A stretch of DNA of 64,000 bases from an uncultured Collinsella sp. (GTDB taxonomy: Bacteria; Actinomycetota; Coriobacteriia; Coriobacteriales; Coriobacteriaceae): the NCBI GenBank assembly GCA_900542365.1, contig UQNH01000001.1:33130-97129 (forward strand), in the 5' to 3' direction. Shown one piece after another: positions 60,708 through 64,000 of this stretch (position 1 is its first letter; each line of letters opens with the position of its first letter). A program made the translations under genes and the position numbers. Under the pieces are notes generated by a model that saw only the letters and a program-made list of their open reading frames with translations, did no database searches and was not told the DNA's origin.

Positions 60708-61901
60708 ATGCTTAAAAGGGTCATACTGCCCTACATGCTGTTCGTGTTCCTGTCGAACTTCAGCACGATCCTCTATTTCTTGACCGTCTATCTTGAGCAC
60801 GAGGGTTTCTCGCTCACGACTATCTCAGCAATGCTGCTTGCCTACCAGATCGGCAAGTTCGTCTCAGAGGTGCCTACTGGGTATATTGCTGACCGCTATG
60901 GCCGAAAAGCGAGCGGGCTGCTGGGTGTTGCTGGTCTAATTGCATACTACCTTGCGCTGCTCTTTGTGCAATCGCCGACTGTGCTTCTGATCGCCTTTGT
61001 CGTCAAAGGCATTTCTCTTGCCTGCATCAGTGGCTCTATTGAAGCCATCTACATTGACAGTGTCCCCCAAGAAGCTTTGGTTTCCCTAAACGTTATTGAG
61101 CGATTCGTTTTCTATGCCTCCTATGCGATTTCAGCGTTCCTTGGCGGCATGATTTCGGCTGCGCAGGCTTATCGGGTTGGTCTTTCGTGCGATATCGTAG
61201 CTATGGTTTTAACGCTCGCTGTCGTTGCCCTGATTCACGAACCTCGCGACGGTTCAAAGACGATGGCGCGGGATGACCATGTGACCGTTGGGCAAATAAC
61301 TCAAGCGATTTTGTACAACCCCTGCCTAATTGAGGCGTATGTCATGGACGTTTCGCAGGCGTTTGCCTTCGTTTCACTCGAGGATTTTTTCACGCTGATG
61401 TTAAACGAGAGGGGGATGAACTCCGTTGCCGCAGGCGCGACGGTTGCGGTCCAACTCTTATGCTCTGCTGGTCTCGGGCTGGCCATTCCATCGCTGCTTA
61501 AGAGAATCGATCAACGACGCTTCGCTCGTTTAACGGGCTGCACGAGGTATTTGCTGACTGCGCTCTTTCTGCTGCCATTTATGCCGCGCTCGCTTCTACC
61601 TCTGTTGTATATTCTGCAGACTATTGCGTACGTTTTCTTTGCCCCGATTAAATATTCCATTTTCCAGAGCAATGCACCTGCGCAGTTTCGCTGTTCTCTC
61701 ATTTCGGTTCAGAGCTTGATGGTTTCGGTTGGAGCGATCTTGTTCTATGCGTTCAACGCGCTGTTTGTTTCGTCTATTGGGGTCTCTTCATCCATATTAG
61801 TGGCGCTTCTTCTGTCTGCGCTCCTTTATATTCCGGCGCTTTTCAAGCTTACGAAAGACCGCGGTGGTTCCCGTTCGAAGAATGTGTCTCTCAGGGCTTG
61901 A
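60708..61901 (+). CDS. MFS transporter
   Basis: ADRYGRK motif, about 12 TM segments. The ATG lies 1 nt after the rSAM2 stop codon. Confidence 0.8.
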   Translation: MLKRVILPYMLFVFLSNFSTILYFLTVYLEHEGFSLTTISAMLLAYQIGKFVSEVPTGYIADRYGRKASGLLGVAGLIAYYLALLFVQSPTVLLIAFVVKGISLACISGSIEAIYIDSVPQEALVSLNVIERFVFYASYAISAFLGGMISAAQAYRVGLSCDIVAMVLTLAVVALIHEPRDGSKTMARDDHVTVGQITQAILYNPCLIEAYVMDVSQAFAFVSLEDFFTLMLNERGMNSVAAGATVAVQLLCSAGLGLAIPSLLKRIDQRRFARLTGCTRYLLTALFLLPFMPRSLLPLLYILQTIAYVFFAPIKYSIFQSNAPAQFRCSLISVQSLMVSVGAILFYAFNALFVSSIGVSSSILVALLLSALLYIPALFKLTKDRGGSRSKNVSLRA

Positions 61902-61997
61902 TATATCAGCTCCCGCTTAGGACGAACGTACGTTTAGGGGTATTATTGAAGCGTATGTAACCTGGCGGCGCCACACCGCCTGTTAGTAGGGAGACAC

Positions 61998-63176
61998 ATG
62001 AACGTTCTGGTCGTCAACGCGGGATCTTCGACCCTTAAGTATCAGGTCATCGATACCAAGTCCCACAAGGTGTCCGCAAAGGGCTCCTGCGAGCGCGTCT
62101 GCTTTACCGGTGGTACCTTCACCCATGCTGCCAACGGCTCCAAGAAGGTGACCGAGAACATCGAGTTCCCCGACCACAAGGTCGCCATCGAGGTCGTCCT
62201 GAAGGACCTCGAGGCCAACGGCGTCAAGATCGAGGGCATTGGCCACCGTATCGTTCAGGGCGGTTGGTACTTTGGCGATTCCTCCCTCGTCGACGAGGAC
62301 GTCCTCGCCAAGATCCGCGAGGTCGCTCCGCTCGCCCCGCTGCACAACAACCCCGAGGCCAACGTTATCGAGTACTGCCTGGAGCAGTATCCCGACCTGC
62401 CCAACGTCACGGTCTACGATACTGCTTTCCACTTCAATATGCCCGAGGTCGCCAAGACCTACGCCCTGCCCAAGGACGTCTGCGACAAGCTGCACATCCG
62501 TAAGTACGGCGCCCACGGCACCAGCTACCGCTACATCTCCAAGAAGGTTGCCGAGATGACCAACGGCGAGGCTCGCAAGGTCGTCGTGTGCCACATCGGT
62601 TCCGGCGCTTCCCTGTGCGCCATCGAGGACGGCAAGTGCATGGACACCACCATGGGCTTGACGCCGCTCGACGGTGTCATGATGGGCACCCGCTGCGGCT
62701 CCATCGACCCGGCCACCGTGTGCTACCTGCAGCGCGAAGGCGGCTACACCTTCGACGAGGTCGACGAGATGATGAACAAGAAGTCCGGCCTTTTGGCTGT
62801 GACCGGTGGCAAGACCAACGACTGCCGCAACGTTGAGGAGCTCGCCGCTGCCGGCGACCCCGAGGCCCAGCTCGCCTTCGATATGTTCGTCTACAAGATT
62901 GCCGCCAAGGCCGCCGAGATGGCTACCTCCATGTGCGGCATGGACACCCTGGTCTTTACCGCCGGCATCGGCGAGCACGCTCCGGCCGTCCGCGCTGGCG
63001 TGGCCGATCGTCTGGCCTTTATGGGCGTCAAGATGGACCATGCCCGCAACGCTCTGCGCGGCGACGGCGCTTGGTGCCTGTCAGCCAAGGATTCCAAGGT
63101 CAAGATTTTCGTCATCCCCACGGACGAGGAGTTCATGATCGCTTCCGACGTCGAGCGCATCGTCAACGGCAAGTAA
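61998..63176 (+). CDS. ackA: Acetate kinase
   Basis: MNVLVVNAGSSTLKYQVID, GHRIVQGG, KYGAHGTSYRY. Confidence 0.9.
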   Translation: MNVLVVNAGSSTLKYQVIDTKSHKVSAKGSCERVCFTGGTFTHAANGSKKVTENIEFPDHKVAIEVVLKDLEANGVKIEGIGHRIVQGGWYFGDSSLVDEDVLAKIREVAPLAPLHNNPEANVIEYCLEQYPDLPNVTVYDTAFHFNMPEVAKTYALPKDVCDKLHIRKYGAHGTSYRYISKKVAEMTNGEARKVVVCHIGSGASLCAIEDGKCMDTTMGLTPLDGVMMGTRCGSIDPATVCYLQREGGYTFDEVDEMMNKKSGLLAVTGGKTNDCRNVEELAAAGDPEAQLAFDMFVYKIAAKAAEMATSMCGMDTLVFTAGIGEHAPAVRAGVADRLAFMGVKMDHARNALRGDGAWCLSAKDSKVKIFVIPTDEEFMIASDVERIVNGK

Positions 63177-63340
63177 TTGATGCAAGGGGAGGGGACTGGA
63201 TGGCCTTGTGCCGTTCAGCCCCCCTTTATGCTCTTTGGGCGAAGAGTTTAATAGATATTTATTGAATTCTGATAACTTCTTATTAAGGGTACGGCCGCCT
63301 TATAGGTTTGCCGACCGTACTGTAATCACGAAGGAGTCTC

Positions 63341-64000
63341 ATGAACGTACTTGTTGTCAACGCCGGCAGCTCGAGCCTTAAATATCAGCTTTTGGATACC
63401 GATACCCGCGAGGTTTTCGCCAAGGGCAACTGCGAGCGTATCGGCTCGGAGATGGGCATTTTTGGCCACTCCGAGAACGGTGGTGCCAAGCTGACCGAGG
63501 AGATTCCTTTTCCCGATCATCGCTGCGCCATTGCGCGCGTGCTCGAGGAGCTCGAGAAGACCGACTTTACGATCGATGGCATCGGCCACCGTATCGTTCA
63601 GGGTGGCTGGCACTTCGATGATTCCGCGGTCGTCGACGATGAGGTCATGGCTAAGATCCTTGAGGTGGCTCCGCTCGCCCCGCTGCACAATTACGGCGAG
63701 GCCGCGGCGATTGAATATTGCCGCGAGAAGTATCCGGAGCTGCCCAACGTGGCTGTTTTCGACACCTCGTTCCACATGACCATGCCCGAGGTCGCCTACA
63801 CCTACGCCCTGCCCAAGGACGTGTGCGACAAGTACCACGTGCGCAAATATGGCGCGCACGGTACGAGCCACCGTTACGAGTGGATGATGGCCAAGGAGAT
63901 CCTGGGTACGCGCTGCCACCGTCTGCTTTCGTGCCATCTGGGCAACGGCGCCTCGCTTGCCGCCATCGAGGACGGTGTGTGCCGCGATACCACGATGGGC
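63341..64000 (+). CDS. Second acetate/propionate kinase paralogue, 5' part (runs off the window)
   Basis: RBS AAGGAG precedes ATG-63341. MNVLVVNAGSSSLKYQLLDTDT..., GHRIVQGGWHF, KYGAHGTSHRY. Open to the window end and not in the ORF track. Confidence 0.85.
   Translation, partial: MNVLVVNAGSSSLKYQLLDTDTREVFAKGNCERIGSEMGIFGHSENGGAKLTEEIPFPDHRCAIARVLEELEKTDFTIDGIGHRIVQGGWHFDDSAVVDDEVMAKILEVAPLAPLHNYGEAAAIEYCREKYPELPNVAVFDTSFHMTMPEVAYTYALPKDVCDKYHVRKYGAHGTSHRYEWMMAKEILGTRCHRLLSCHLGNGASLAAIEDGVCRDTTMG

Noticed and set aside
1-64000. Search for CRISPR arrays, rRNA/tRNA genes, IS elements, integrases, and att-like direct repeats at the islet borders
   Set aside because: None was recognised by eye in any intergenic region. 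The only repeats seen are short operator-like palindromes and low-complexity coding repeats. A tRNAscan or ISfinder run would be needed to be certain.

Overview
64-kb chromosomal window from a high-GC Gram-positive genome. By eye the backbone is about 60-70% GC. Protein content suggests Coriobacteriia, possibly Collinsella-like, but that is inference only. The backbone is ordinary. It holds an expanded frl-type (fructosamine/Amadori) catabolic locus (1.1-12.5 kb), tatD/tcdA, an orphan sdpR-sdpI pair, ettA, nadE, an aminotransferase and ldh. It also holds a lysine-riboswitch-controlled lysA-dapA-dapB-dapH operon with a divergent M20 deacetylase, higBA, a Ser/Thr kinase, a D-Asp ligase/racemase pair and an ECF transporter with a TrpP-like S component. 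The remaining backbone genes are a C69 dipeptidase, dagK-like kinase, rnd, xseAB, a HIT protein and two tandem ackA paralogues. No rRNA, tRNA, CRISPR array, transposase or integrase was seen. Three visibly AT-richer islets interrupt the backbone at about 17.3-19.1 kb, 21.6-26.1 kb and 56.8-61.95 kb; sampled lines there are about 38-48% GC. Two of these islets carry radical-SAM peptide-modification (RiPP-like) loci, and each has a short precursor ORF missing from the ORF track. The first is a 36-aa peptide (25807-25917) next to a B12-domain rSAM with a PqqD/RRE-like C-terminal tail, an MFS transporter and a DUF2087 protein. The second is a 25-aa two-Cys peptide (57917-57994), followed by a terminator-like hairpin, two paralogous rSAM/SPASM enzymes and an MFS transporter, with a LysR regulator upstream. 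These two loci are the best candidates for an undescribed system. Another notable hidden signal is a 22-codon leader ORF with three consecutive Trp codons and alternative hairpins upstream of the TrpP-like transporter gene. There is also an in-frame lysA-dapA junction with an internal SD+ATG, and an orphan promoter-to-terminator unit (candidate sRNA) upstream of sdpR.
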